From contig DAOUTL010000001.1 in NCBI GenBank assembly GCA_030626685.1, positions 1-34,409 on the forward strand: a stretch of 34,409 bases of DNA, given 5' to 3'. Below, in pieces: positions 8,588 through 17,992 of this stretch. The notes under the pieces were generated by a model that had not been told where the DNA came from, ran no database searches, and was given only the letters and a program-made list of their open reading frames with translations. The stretch is from Candidatus Bathyarchaeota archaeon. GTDB lineage: Archaea > Thermoproteota > Bathyarchaeia > Bathyarchaeales > Bathycorpusculaceae. Both the position numbers and the translations under genes were made by a program. How positions within the stretch are numbered: the stretch's first letter is position 1; each line of letters starts with the position of its first letter.

Positions 8588-8992
8588 TTAGAGTGGGCTG
8601 GCAGTTTTTAGCAGCTCCTTTATCTTCTTTATAAACTTCTCAGCGTTATCTACTATTGTGCTGACCTCCCCTTCTCCGTAGCTTGCATATACATCATAGG
8701 TGCTTGCCTGCCTCATCTCGAATGCTTTGCTTAAATGCCTTCCAAACTCCTTTTCCAATAGGCCGGTTTTGATAATTTCCCTTCCTAAAAGTTCCCTTAA
8801 ACCTTTGTGTGTTTTAGGAGGGCTAACTCCTTTTGAAGCCAAGATTGCGTGGGAGGCGTGAAACATGGCGTAATATGCGTTGTTTATGGCGGACCTTAGC
8901 CTCAGGTGTGTTAAGCATAGTCTGGCATCTTTAAGGAATTCATCTGCCAGTTTTAAACACTTTTTCACGTATTGTTTTGAAGGTTCCATCAT
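8588..8992 (-). CDS. hepT: HEPN-domain toxin
   Basis: 134 aa. AINNAYYAMFHASHAILASKGVSPPKTHKGL is a HEPN helix pattern. Downstream of the MNT gene. Confidence 0.85.
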   Translation of the reverse strand: MMEPSKQYVKKCLKLADEFLKDARLCLTHLRLRSAINNAYYAMFHASHAILASKGVSPPKTHKGLRELLGREIIKTGLLEKEFGRHLSKAFEMRQASTYDVYASYGEGEVSTIVDNAEKFIKKIKELLKTASPL

Positions 8993-9326
8993 CGTATAAA
9001 ATCACGCCTTCTTTCAAAATTGCGAAGATGAATGGTGAGCCTACTTTAATTCTGTGTTCAAATTCGTCTGTTGTGAGGTGGATGGGCATTATGAAGGTTT
9101 CAAAATCGTTCTCAAAGTCGATTTCATAGCCTACATCTGAAACTTTCTCTCCGACCTCATTATCCTTGCCTATCACCAGAACGTCAATGTCGCTATCCTT
9201 TGTTGCCTCTCCTCTGGCTACCGAGCCGTAGATGACCATTGATTGGATTCTGTCGCCCAACTCATTTAACACTCTACTTCTGAAAGCTGTCAGAGCCCTC
9301 TCATATCTTGTTTGAAGCTTCAGCAT
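8940..9326 (-). CDS. mntA: minimal nucleotidyltransferase (MNT) antitoxin
   Basis: 128 aa. VIYGSVARGEATKDSDIDVLVI is the GS...DxD polymerase-beta-type motif. Confidence 0.88.
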   Translation of the reverse strand: MLKLQTRYERALTAFRSRVLNELGDRIQSMVIYGSVARGEATKDSDIDVLVIGKDNEVGEKVSDVGYEIDFENDFETFIMPIHLTTDEFEHRIKVGSPFIFAILKEGVILYDDGTFKTIREKVFKTGR

Positions 9327-9442
9327 TATAGTTCCCGTTTGGACTTTTCCATGGAGTTAAATGTCAGTTCTGGTATTTATTATGTTTGAATTGGGCGTCC
9401 AACGGGATTTTATCCTCGGTTCAACCTCACCTTTCCGAACCC

Positions 9443-11500
9443 TCAACTCCTCTTTCTACTTCTCCTTATGAGGACTGCTGCTGCGGAGGCCGCTGCGATG
9501 ATGGCTATTATTGCGCCGGCTACGTAGCCTATCGGTATGGCAGGTGCAAGTGGTGCTACAACCGTGAACGTTGCTTCGAGGTCGTCAACTTTGACCGTGT
9601 AAGTTCCCGGCTCCGTCTTTGTCACTGTGAATGTTACGGTGGTTGATTCTCCGCCGGTTAGAGTTACCGTCTCAGTAGACTCAACTGCTCCGTTAACTGT
9701 TAAGGTCGCAGTGTATGATCCTTCAAGGTCTCCCACATTCGTTACCATAGCGGTGATGGTTACCGTCTCGCCGGGTCCCACTTCAGCTGGGGTGACTGAT
9801 AGGTTTGAAAGCTCAAATTCTGCTGGTAGGGCGTACTCTGTTACGGTTAAAGTATAGGTGCAGCTGTGGGTTTTCTCTCCTCCAGTGCCCGTGATGGTGA
9901 TTGAGTAGGTTCCGGTTGGTGTGGTTGAACTGGTTGAGATTGTCAGCGTCGAGTTGAAGCTTGGTGTTCCTGAAGATGGGCTGAAGTTTGCGGTCGTCCC
10001 GCTCGGAAGTCCGCTCGCCGATAGGCTGACGGTTTCGGTGAATCCTGCGACTGGTGAGACAGAGACTGTAGCGGTTGTGGATTCTCCTTGCACGATTGAT
10101 CCGGAGGTTGGGTCTACGCTTATGCTGAAGTCGGGAGCTAATGCGGTGCCTGATACCGCGAACACGGAAAGCCCTGGGGAAACTGCGGAGAAGTAAACGT
10201 ACGTGGCGTCTTCGTCGACTTTTTCAGTTGGGATGGAAGTCCATTCGCCCGCCGCGTACCGGTTCAGAGTTATGGTTGTCTCGTCTATTTCGTGCTCTGT
10301 GATCCAGGATTTTTCCACTTTGAACGTTATTGTGACGGATTCTATGTCAGCGTCCGTTATGTTTTGGGCGACCACGTTCAGGTGTTTGTAGGATATTCCG
10401 GGGGCTGCTATCTCTATTCCCAGTGGTCTCTCGGTGAGTTGCTGCACGGTTATCAGCACGTTCTCAACCGTGTTTTTGACGCTTATCGTGAGTTCGGTTA
10501 TTACAGTGTTTTCTACTTCTACTGTGGCGTTTTCTGCCGGCGTTATCGATGGAATCTCGTACGGCGGGGACTGTTTCTCTATGTTTTCCGGCGGTATCTC
10601 CGTGTATATTCCTGTAACTGTCCTCGTCTCGTCAGCTGCTAGTGTCACGCTCTCGGCTGCCGGGGTTAAGTAGCCTAGGGCGTCACCGAAAGAAATTGTG
10701 TATGTGCCCGCGTCCAACAATTTGGTTTGGGGGGCAATTCCCCATAGGATGTTATCCACGTAAACATTTGCCTTTATCGGGGTTGTGTCGACGGTTAGGG
10801 TTGCCTTTCCTGGTGGTGGCGGGGGTGGAGGGGCTAGTGTGAAGCTTAGGGAAGCGGTGTCGCCGATGTTATGTACGAAGTCTACGGCTCTCACGTAGAA
10901 GGTGTGTGAACCGTAAGCTATGGGTATGGGGGAAGTCCACGAGGTAGCTGTGGTGGATATCCAGCTTCCGTCGTCTATTCGAGTTTGGTAGCTTTCAACT
11001 CCTAGGTTGTCTGTTGCTGGGTTCCAAGCGAATGTGGGAGTGGTGTCGCTGTCAGGGGTTAGCTTGCGTAGATTTGTTGGAGTCGATGGGGATATGTTGT
11101 CTGTGACTGCTAGGTTTAGCTGAGTTGATTCTCCATGCTCGAATGTGTATGACGTGGCGCATATTTCGGCTACTAAGAAGTCTATTGTGTCACCGTCTTC
11201 TCCGCCTTCCTTCTCCGTAGTTTCGGGGTCGTCTCCTGGAACCATGAAAAGCGGGTCGTAGCCGTATCTTCCGTCCTTGGTTGTGGTTGAAGCGTACGTG
11301 ACCTCGCCTATTTTAGCTTCAACTGTTGTTCCGTCTGGTGCAGGGATTGTTCCTATAGGTCCGGAAACTTGAACGTATCCATAAAACTGATGGGGTATTG
11401 TGGGTACAGCCAGCACGTTGGCACACGTTAACATTAGCGTGGCCAACAACACTGCTATAAGCGGTTTTGCCACATTTTTTTTCAATTTCATATTATTCAC
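9443..11500 (-). CDS. multidomain cell-surface protein (PEGA-like, PGF-pre-PGF-like, Ig-like, CARDB-like) with C-terminal transmembrane (TM) anchor
   Basis: 685 aa. Signal peptide, PPPPPPP linker, PEGA-like TLTVDTTPIKANVYVDNILWG. PGF-pre-PGF-like NITDADIESVTITFKV...YVYFSAVSPGLSVFAV. CARDB-like VTNVGDLEGSYTATLTVNG. Terminal hydrophobic helix followed by RRSRKRS. Confidence 0.85.
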   Translation of the reverse strand: MNNMKLKKNVAKPLIAVLLATLMLTCANVLAVPTIPHQFYGYVQVSGPIGTIPAPDGTTVEAKIGEVTYASTTTKDGRYGYDPLFMVPGDDPETTEKEGGEDGDTIDFLVAEICATSYTFEHGESTQLNLAVTDNISPSTPTNLRKLTPDSDTTPTFAWNPATDNLGVESYQTRIDDGSWISTTATSWTSPIPIAYGSHTFYVRAVDFVHNIGDTASLSFTLAPPPPPPPGKATLTVDTTPIKANVYVDNILWGIAPQTKLLDAGTYTISFGDALGYLTPAAESVTLAADETRTVTGIYTEIPPENIEKQSPPYEIPSITPAENATVEVENTVITELTISVKNTVENVLITVQQLTERPLGIEIAAPGISYKHLNVVAQNITDADIESVTITFKVEKSWITEHEIDETTITLNRYAAGEWTSIPTEKVDEDATYVYFSAVSPGLSVFAVSGTALAPDFSISVDPTSGSIVQGESTTATVSVSPVAGFTETVSLSASGLPSGTTANFSPSSGTPSFNSTLTISTSSTTPTGTYSITITGTGGEKTHSCTYTLTVTEYALPAEFELSNLSVTPAEVGPGETVTITAMVTNVGDLEGSYTATLTVNGAVESTETVTLTGGESTTVTFTVTKTEPGTYTVKVDDLEATFTVVAPLAPAIPIGYVAGAIIAIIAAASAAAVLIRRSRKRS

Positions 11501-11520
11501 CTAACCATGATGATTTTAAC

Positions 11521-11529
11521 AAAAAAAAA
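11521..11529 (-). terminator. oligo-T tract between the two large genes (possible partial archaeal terminator)
   Basis: Nine consecutive T on the minus strand, 25 nt after the stop of the 1393-aa gene. AGGTGA and the ATG of the next gene follow. Confidence 0.3.
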
Positions 11530-11553
11530 GAGGGAGATCATTTAGTTCGCTTC

Positions 11554-14500
11554 CTAAGGAACTATTACGCCTTCCTCGGAAACGTAGATCCAGTAGCCAT
11601 AGCCAGGCATCATCGTCAATGGATCCCTAACCCATCCATAGGTCGGGATGTAGGTCAGCCTTCTAATGTAGTCAACGCCTCTCAAGTAGTACGTGCTGTT
11701 CATTTCTTGGAGCGCTTTGAAGCCCATTAGGTTCCAGCCTGTGTAGACTTTGTATGTTGGGGGTATGTTTGGTCCTGGTATGTTCTCGTAGCCGTATAGG
11801 CTGAAGGTGACGGTTTCAGTGGTTTTCGTTTTAACCCAGTATCCGAGTCCATCCCTTATGGTTGTTAGGTTGCGTGGTGCTTCGGGAGCGGGGTTGTAGA
11901 CGCTCCAGCTCTTGGATTCGGGGTTGTAGCTCCAGACGACATCAACATCATCTGAGACTGGTTGGAGCACATGGGTTATGCTTGCGTTTTCAGGTATCAG
12001 AGGTAGTGACATTAGGTTCCATTGTGGATAGAGGGTTAGGTTGTAGCTGAGCCTGTCTGAGCCTGTGTATGGGGAGCCAACATATTCGTCTTCGTATACG
12101 TATGCCCATATGATGTTAGTGTTCACGTTTACGCCTGTGTTTCTGCATCTGTGCCATGAGCCGTCTTTGAAGTAGTATAGGCCTAAAATGACTTCGTTTA
12201 GGCCTGCGACTTCCTCATCTGTGTAGTGAAGCTCAATGTATATTGGCCAGTTGACAGCGGATTTGTTTCCAACGGCGATTTCAACGTATTTTGGAAGCAT
12301 CTCATCCGGCTTAAAAGCTTCTGGATGAGGATTGGCAGTGTGGTTGGCAACGATGACTGATGTTGGAGACGTCACGTTCACCGTTATCACGACGTCAGCC
12401 ACATCAGTAGCATTGACAACATTGGGTTCTGTTATGTTTGTTACGGGCTCAACCTTCTGTTCTGACGGCGGTTGTGGATATCCTTCGGGAACTATCCATG
12501 GAGCGTAGGTGACCTCGCCTAGGGTTGAATTGTCCAGCTTGTGGTAGATCAAAGCCTCTATCTCATCGAAAGTGTAGACACCCCAATCGTTGAGGGTGGC
12601 GTTAAGAGTTCCCGTCGGGTTTTCCTCACCTAACTCGATTGCAATACCGTTTCGCGAGAAATTGTTGAAGTGAACCTGAAGACCGCTTATGTTTCCGCTG
12701 TAGACGTATATGCCTTGGTAATTATTTACGAAGTCGTTGTGAACCACTTTCCCACTAATCAAACCATTATTTTCGTTGGTAAAGTAGAGCCCCGCGCCAT
12801 GGATATCCTCCATTCCCACTGGACTGCCTTCAAAGATATTGTTTTCCACCACTACATTTTCAGCGTTTCTAATTTCGATAGCAGCCCAGAACCATTCGTG
12901 ACCTCCGTTGTTTTCAAACTTGTTGTTGCGAACCACGAAGTTGTCGGTGAAGTTGTCTCTGTTGCCATAAACGACCGATGATCCCCTGTTATCATGAATG
13001 TAGTTGTTCTCAAATGTGACTGTGGAAAGACTCGGCCCGCTAGGACCGGCTTCTAGGGTGCCCTCCCCGATATATAGGGTTCCCCAATCCGTATAGCCAG
13101 TTACTTCGTTGTTGGTAAAGGTGAAATCGCTGGCAACAGGGTTAATATAGAAGCACATGCCAACGCTGCCTTGACCGTCAAAGATGTTGTTGTCGAAAGT
13201 GAGGTCATAAAGATAGCCCTCCCCGATATGACCAATAGTGACTCCGTTACCGTATGTTCCAGCGTTTCCTTGGATGGTGAAATTAAGGATCGACACACCT
13301 ACAATGTCACCAGCACTAGTATCGAACTTTATCCCATTAGTGATAACTGTGCCAGTAGGGCTTTCCCCTTGCAACGTCAGGCTCTTGTCAATTACAACAT
13401 GCTCGTCATACGTCCCCGCCGCCACATTGATTGTGTCGCCAGGGCATGAGGCGTCAATGCCGCCTTGGATGGTGTCGGAGTAGGCGAGGACGCTATCAAA
13501 GTGTTCAACGGTGACAAACTGCCTCTCTGGAGTGGTGGTTGAGGTGGCATACCAAGGTGTGAAAGTTACGTTATCGCTTACTGCGTCTCCCTTGCCATCC
13601 GAATTCCTTGTCTCATGATATGGCCCACTTGCGTCACCCCACCAGTTCAGGGTGGCGTTGAGCGTGTACGTCTCATTAAGATTGCAGACAGCTCCTTTGT
13701 ATGTGCTTTCTTCTTCATCATTAGTCCATTCGAGACCTAAGTTGTTGACGAAGTTGTTGTAGTGGGCTACATTACCGATTCCCATCTGTTTGCCACAGCG
13801 TATGGCGAAATCATTGTCGTGTATGTCATTGTACTGAATTATGTGGTTTGCTGCACCAAACTCAATCTTGACACCAGTGTGGCAGTCGTGAATGTTGTTA
13901 TACTCTGCAATTGTTCCACTGGAATCTTTGGCAAAGCAAATAGCCATCTGGACATTGTAGATTTCGTTATGTGCGATTATTACGTCTGGTCCGGCTTCAT
14001 AAACTCCTATACCAGTGCTCAGATATTGCTCTCCGATAAATCCCAAGTCGGTTATGGTGTTGTAAGTGGCTGAGCCCTTCGCATCTCTAAGGAAGTATAT
14101 GCCATTAGGAACTTGCTTAGTTAATGCCCCTGGACCGTTAATCACGTTGTGGTGATAGTCCGCTGTCAGTGTGTCGCCTACTGCGTATATGCCTGCCCTG
14201 TTGTAACCTTGAACAGTACACTGTGTTACTTCTACCGTGGAAACAGATGATATAGCAGAAGCCCATATACCTGCGGTACGACAACTAAGTTCTGAGTTTC
14301 CAATGACTGTCAAGCCTTTTATTGTGCCACTGGTCTCAAGGTAAGCGAGACCCGCAACCCAACCATCTACTCCAATTCCTGCAGGTGCTTCCGCGATTAA
14401 CGAACCATTTATTTGCAGGTCATTTATGGTAACTTCACCAGTCGCGTTAACAAAGACTATTGCCGCCATCTGCTTGGTACCTATTCCAAGCCATGGTGTA

Positions 14501-15735
14501 GTCTTTACCGTCGTTAGGGTTCCATCAGATGGTTGAATTATGGTGCTTTCGCCTTCTCCCTCCAGTGTAAGTGCCCTATCGATAACTACTTGCTCATCGT
14601 ATGTACCCGCGTGAACCAGTATCGTGTCGCCTGGGTTAGCGGCGTCTATGGCGGATTGAATTGTGTAGTATCCCTTTGTATCTATGGTTACTGAAGCTGG
14701 TGTAGCTGCTAACGCTTGAATTGCCTCTGAATCGATTTCGGAGTACTCGGTTGGAGAACACAGCCATCCGCCGTTTTCTTCCTGATTCGATACGAGCCAG
14801 TGTGCTCCTTTCCTAGCAGTTTCCAATTCACCAGCTGCATTCAATCCCACAATCACATAAGCTGTGTCTTGGACAATGCCCTCTGGATTCTCTCCTGAGC
14901 CCCAGCTTCCATTGTCATTCTGACTGTCTGTCAGGTTGCTGATTATGGCTGCAATTTCGGTCGCGTAAGTTGTTGGGTCTACTACTTGGAACATCTCTAG
15001 ACCTTTGCCCCATCCGATGTACCTGTAATCGTCGGTTCCGTCTATTTTGGTTAGATTGCTTTGTATGACGCTGGCCATGTTTTCTGCCCATGCTGTGTCA
15101 TCACAGGTAAGGGCTGCCAATGCGTAGTCTGCAGATTGCCATATGGCACCGCCGTGGCTGCTGCCGAAAGCGCTGTACAGATAATTGTACATATTCGTTT
15201 GGTTTCCGTCACCGTAGTTTTCGCCACGGTTTTCTGTTACCCAGTTCCATGCGTCTATAGCGTAGTCTTTGTATGTTGTATTTCCAGATATTTCTGCGAA
15301 TCGTACTAGAAATCTGTAGTCGAATGAGTGGCCAAACCGATAGCTGTCCCAGCCGTAGTAGAAGTCTCCTTCGCTTGCGTTTCCATACATTATGAAGTCT
15401 GCTACATTCTTTGCAGTTTCAAAGTAGCTTGTGTTTCCGGTTAGTTCATATGCGTCTAAGAGCCCTAAAGCCGTCACACCATAGAGGTTTGTTGAACTAT
15501 TAGCTGCACTGTGCTCGGTTAGACCTGTAACATTCCAATCCCAGCCGTAGTCCGTATTTGATTGAAGGGCTATCAACCTATCTGCTGCGTTAGCAACTAC
15601 GGTCTTATACTCCTTGACAGTCGGCGAGTTCGCCTCTACAGATGGTATAGGCATAACAATTAGAAGCATTGACAGTATGAATAGTGCTATCAGTAGTGTC
15701 GTTATTGTCTTCGCATTAACTCTTCTATGAAACAT
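11554..15735 (-). CDS. giant secreted protein: prenyltransferase/terpene-cyclase-like alpha/alpha toroid repeats, two right-handed beta-helix modules and a C-terminal WNL...GYW repeat domain
   Basis: 1393 aa. N-terminal signal/TM. NDNGSWGSG...NQEENGGW repeats. Two beta-helix entry motifs: TIQSAIDAANPGDTILVHAGTYDEQVVIDRALTLEGEG and TIQGGIDASCPGDTINVAAGTYDEHVVIDKSLTLQGES. Confidence 0.85.
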   Translation of the reverse strand: MFHRRVNAKTITTLLIALFILSMLLIVMPIPSVEANSPTVKEYKTVVANAADRLIALQSNTDYGWDWNVTGLTEHSAANSSTNLYGVTALGLLDAYELTGNTSYFETAKNVADFIMYGNASEGDFYYGWDSYRFGHSFDYRFLVRFAEISGNTTYKDYAIDAWNWVTENRGENYGDGNQTNMYNYLYSAFGSSHGGAIWQSADYALAALTCDDTAWAENMASVIQSNLTKIDGTDDYRYIGWGKGLEMFQVVDPTTYATEIAAIISNLTDSQNDNGSWGSGENPEGIVQDTAYVIVGLNAAGELETARKGAHWLVSNQEENGGWLCSPTEYSEIDSEAIQALAATPASVTIDTKGYYTIQSAIDAANPGDTILVHAGTYDEQVVIDRALTLEGEGESTIIQPSDGTLTTVKTTPWLGIGTKQMAAIVFVNATGEVTINDLQINGSLIAEAPAGIGVDGWVAGLAYLETSGTIKGLTVIGNSELSCRTAGIWASAISSVSTVEVTQCTVQGYNRAGIYAVGDTLTADYHHNVINGPGALTKQVPNGIYFLRDAKGSATYNTITDLGFIGEQYLSTGIGVYEAGPDVIIAHNEIYNVQMAICFAKDSSGTIAEYNNIHDCHTGVKIEFGAANHIIQYNDIHDNDFAIRCGKQMGIGNVAHYNNFVNNLGLEWTNDEEESTYKGAVCNLNETYTLNATLNWWGDASGPYHETRNSDGKGDAVSDNVTFTPWYATSTTTPERQFVTVEHFDSVLAYSDTIQGGIDASCPGDTINVAAGTYDEHVVIDKSLTLQGESPTGTVITNGIKFDTSAGDIVGVSILNFTIQGNAGTYGNGVTIGHIGEGYLYDLTFDNNIFDGQGSVGMCFYINPVASDFTFTNNEVTGYTDWGTLYIGEGTLEAGPSGPSLSTVTFENNYIHDNRGSSVVYGNRDNFTDNFVVRNNKFENNGGHEWFWAAIEIRNAENVVVENNIFEGSPVGMEDIHGAGLYFTNENNGLISGKVVHNDFVNNYQGIYVYSGNISGLQVHFNNFSRNGIAIELGEENPTGTLNATLNDWGVYTFDEIEALIYHKLDNSTLGEVTYAPWIVPEGYPQPPSEQKVEPVTNITEPNVVNATDVADVVITVNVTSPTSVIVANHTANPHPEAFKPDEMLPKYVEIAVGNKSAVNWPIYIELHYTDEEVAGLNEVILGLYYFKDGSWHRCRNTGVNVNTNIIWAYVYEDEYVGSPYTGSDRLSYNLTLYPQWNLMSLPLIPENASITHVLQPVSDDVDVVWSYNPESKSWSVYNPAPEAPRNLTTIRDGLGYWVKTKTTETVTFSLYGYENIPGPNIPPTYKVYTGWNLMGFKALQEMNSTYYLRGVDYIRRLTYIPTYGWVRDPLTMMPGYGYWIYVSEEGVIVP

Positions 15736-15895
15736 TCTTTCTTTTCTCCTCCTTTCTCCTCTTTTTATCAGTTAAGGGCATCCTTTTCACGGGTCCTTAT
15801 AGATCCCTACAAGTCATACCCGCTGGACACCCCAAACATTATTTTATTGTTACGTTTTGCTTATAAAAACTACGTTTCCAACTCGAGAATATTCC
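15736..15895 (-). promoter_or_regulatory. promoter (TTTTTATAAG) plus conserved structured 5' leader, copy 2
   Basis: Same TATA block at 15860-15882. Stems GGGUGUCC/GGAUGCCC (plus-strand 15825-15832 and 15776-15783) and GCGGGU/ACCCGU. GA-rich SD tract. Confidence 0.55.
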
Positions 15896-16028
15896 CAAAC
15901 AAGCCATATTTCCACGAGCGAACCAGCCCGCCTTAAAGGACAGAACTTGCGCGAGCATGTACACGAAACCTTAAGCCAGTCACAAGTTTCAAGGGAAATG
16001 CTGTAACGTGTCTAACAGCGTGCGTGTG

Positions 16029-16107
16029 CCATACACACAGAAACAACACACCCACCCAGACTCGCCACAAACACCAAGCGACAAGACCAAACCAAATGAC
16101 AATCCTT
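16029..16107 (+). repeat. AC-rich intergenic repeat, copy R1
   Basis: The 46 nt at 16029-16074 are identical to 17515-17560. Similarity continues to about 16107. Confidence 0.75.
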
Positions 16108-16280
16108 TACGGTGAAGGAGACGGAATTGTTGGAAAGCGTGTAATAGCATATGCGAGACACATAGAAGTTATGAGAATACACACATCTAAAACCCATAGG
16201 CACAGAGCCCAAGGAGCCAAACTTGACGATGCTGAATGCTACATGGTTAAACCGATTCGATGGAGACAGCGATCTCAAAC

Positions 16281-16326
16281 CCGTGGTCTCCATTAGGACC
16301 GCAGTGTTCAAATCCCACCCCTCGCA
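16281..16326 (+). other. tRNA 3'-end-like fragment (T-loop GTTCAAATCCCAC, acceptor-like CCCTCGC, then A)
   Basis: GTTCAAATC at 16306. No complementary 5' acceptor strand upstream, so it is not an intact tRNA. Confidence 0.45.
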
Positions 16327-16404
16327 CTTTCGGAATTGCACCAGCCAACGAAAATCTAAAAGTTTATTAGTTGGCTATTGACTGACTATTACTGGTGACA
16401 TCTG

Positions 16405-16653
16405 TTGCAAGCAGTTGGAAAAGTTGGAAAAAGATCAACTTTGTATCCTCCGAAAAAATTAATGAAGCAACTCGGCTTAAAAGAGGGCTACACCATTGTT
16501 TTCCGTGTTGAAAATAATAGACTTATCATTGAGAAAATCAAAGACCCCTGGACGCTTGCTTTACAAACTCGCAAATGGGCTGAAACCACCGTAGAAGAGT
16601 TTGAAAGAGAGTCCGAGGAGCTGCAGGAGGAGTACACATCTGAAAAAGACTAG
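16405..16653 (+). CDS. vapB: AbrB/SpoVT-like antitoxin
   Basis: 82 aa. TLYPPKKLMKQLGLKEGYTIVFRVENNRLIIEKI. Confidence 0.75.
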   Translation: MQAVGKVGKRSTLYPPKKLMKQLGLKEGYTIVFRVENNRLIIEKIKDPWTLALQTRKWAETTVEEFERESEELQEEYTSEKD

Positions 16654-17116
16654 AGTCGTAGTTGATTCCACATATCTGCTTCCTTCTTTAGGCATATCCG
16701 TTAAGAGTCTCGAAACTGAGGACATTCAGTTGATCAGTAAGTTCAGGGAAAATATAGAATACTGTTATCCTGCGCCTTTGTTGACGGAGCTTGTGGCAAA
16801 AGCCGCTAAAGAAGCCTCAAAAAAGAAGCTGAAGAGCCTCCCTACGGAAGCTGTAGAGGGGTTTAAAGCTCTTTTAGCGGGTTTAGGTGTTGCCGTAGAA
16901 CTCCCTGACCCAAACTGTCTAGTGCTAGCCGCAGAGCTTTGGATAAAAGGTCACAGAGACATCATGGATAACATAGCGTATGCGCACGCAGCAAAAACAC
17001 AAGCACATTTCATGACAATGGATGAAGCCTTTAAACATTTCCTTTCTGAGAAAGACTACGCATTAGACATTGTAATAACACATCTAGATCTGAAAAATGT
17101 GATAAAAAATGGTTGA
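16601..17116 (+). CDS. vapC: PIN-domain toxin (VapC-like)
   Basis: Motifs VVVDSTYLLP, LLTELVAK, HRDIMDNIAYAHA and MTMDEAF. The start is uncertain; the ATG at 16601 overlaps the antitoxin by 53 nt. Confidence 0.75.
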   Translation: MKESPRSCRRSTHLKKTRVVVDSTYLLPSLGISVKSLETEDIQLISKFRENIEYCYPAPLLTELVAKAAKEASKKKLKSLPTEAVEGFKALLAGLGVAVELPDPNCLVLAAELWIKGHRDIMDNIAYAHAAKTQAHFMTMDEAFKHFLSEKDYALDIVITHLDLKNVIKNG

Positions 17117-17120
17117 TTAA

Positions 17121-17411
17121 AACCAAGAAGACTCGTTAGGAAACAACTATGGTAACGGATACGCAGTAGTATCCGTCTACAAAGACCTTAACGGAACAAT
17201 AGGCTTCCTAATCTGGGGCTACAACGGAGAAGACACTTACTACGCAGCCAAATGGTTCCGGGAAACAGGCATCGAATACCTACAAACTGAGAACCGCGGA
17301 GTCACAGAAATCATTCTAAAAATAGACTACACGACATGCCCGTACAGCGTAGGCATAGCCCGCAACGAACGCTTAGGCACAATCAGCGAAAAAGCCTGCC
17401 ACGACCCATAA
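17121..17411 (+). pseudogene. C-terminal gene fragment without a start codon
   Basis: Open frame of 96 codons with no ATG, GTG or TTG. It encodes GNNYGNGYAVVSVYKDLNGTIGFLIWGYNGEDTYYAAKWF...EKACHDP and is followed by an oligo-T terminator. Confidence 0.45.
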
Positions 17412-17424
17412 AGCCGCTAAAACC

Positions 17425-17598
17425 TTCTCTCCCTTTTTTATTTTCTCCTTTTTTTAAACAAAGACAGCAAATCGTCTAAGCCGCTCACACCACAATCATC
17501 ACGCAAACAATTTTCCATACACACAGAAACAACACACCCACCCAGACTCGCCACAAACACTACAACACAAACACCAAGCGGTAAGACAGGCAATCCTT
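17425..17598 (+). repeat. terminator plus AC-rich repeat, copy R2
   Basis: T-tracts at 17431-17455. AAGACAGCAAATCGTCT...CCGCTCAC block at 17461-17495. A 46-nt exact match to R1 at 17515-17560, then a 14-nt tandem insertion. Confidence 0.75.
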
Positions 17599-17774
17599 AA
17601 AACAGATAAAATGGAGCATGCAGGCATAAATACACCGAAGAATGTACGTAAACATTTAATTAAAATATGCACGTTAAATTAGAGGTGAACGTACTACGTT
17701 GAGGCTGTCTGGATAAGCAACAGAAAGATTTATAGCATTGTGTGACAAATCATCACACAAAGAAGTGTGCAAAT

Positions 17775-17990
17775 ATGTCTTCCACTATCACAATTCGTAT
17801 ACCGCGAGAGCTTAAAGAGAAAATGAAGAAGATACCTGAACGATGGAGCGAAGAAATCAGAAGGTTCATTGAAGACCGAGTTAAACGTCTTGAGTTGATA
17901 AACATAATCGAAGAAGTTGAATCTAGAGCTGAGAAACGCCGATTAAAAGTGGACTCAACGTCGCTCATCAGGGAGGACAGAGAACGTTAA
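17775..17990 (+). CDS. vapB: ribbon-helix-helix (RHH) antitoxin (VapB-like)
   Basis: MSSTITIRIPRELKEKMKKIPERWSEEIRRFIE. C-terminal REDRER as in paralogues. TATA TTTATAGC and inverted repeat TGTGTGA/TCACACA lie upstream. Confidence 0.8.
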   Translation: MSSTITIRIPRELKEKMKKIPERWSEEIRRFIEDRVKRLELINIIEEVESRAEKRRLKVDSTSLIREDRER

Positions 17991-17992
17991 AC

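Noticed and set aside
9627-15309. Many 60-116 aa ORFs on the plus strand inside the two giant minus-strand genes (for example 9627-9857, 10292-10642, 12670-12981, 13762-14073, 15061-15309)
   Set aside because: They are antisense shadows of long, clearly coding minus-strand ORFs. They have odd composition and no start-site signals.
16012-16341. Overlapping ORFs 16012-16341 (-) and 16024-16296 (+)
   Set aside because: They run through the AC-rich repeat and a tRNA-like fragment. Their low-complexity Cys/Val- or His/Thr/Arg-rich translations look non-coding.
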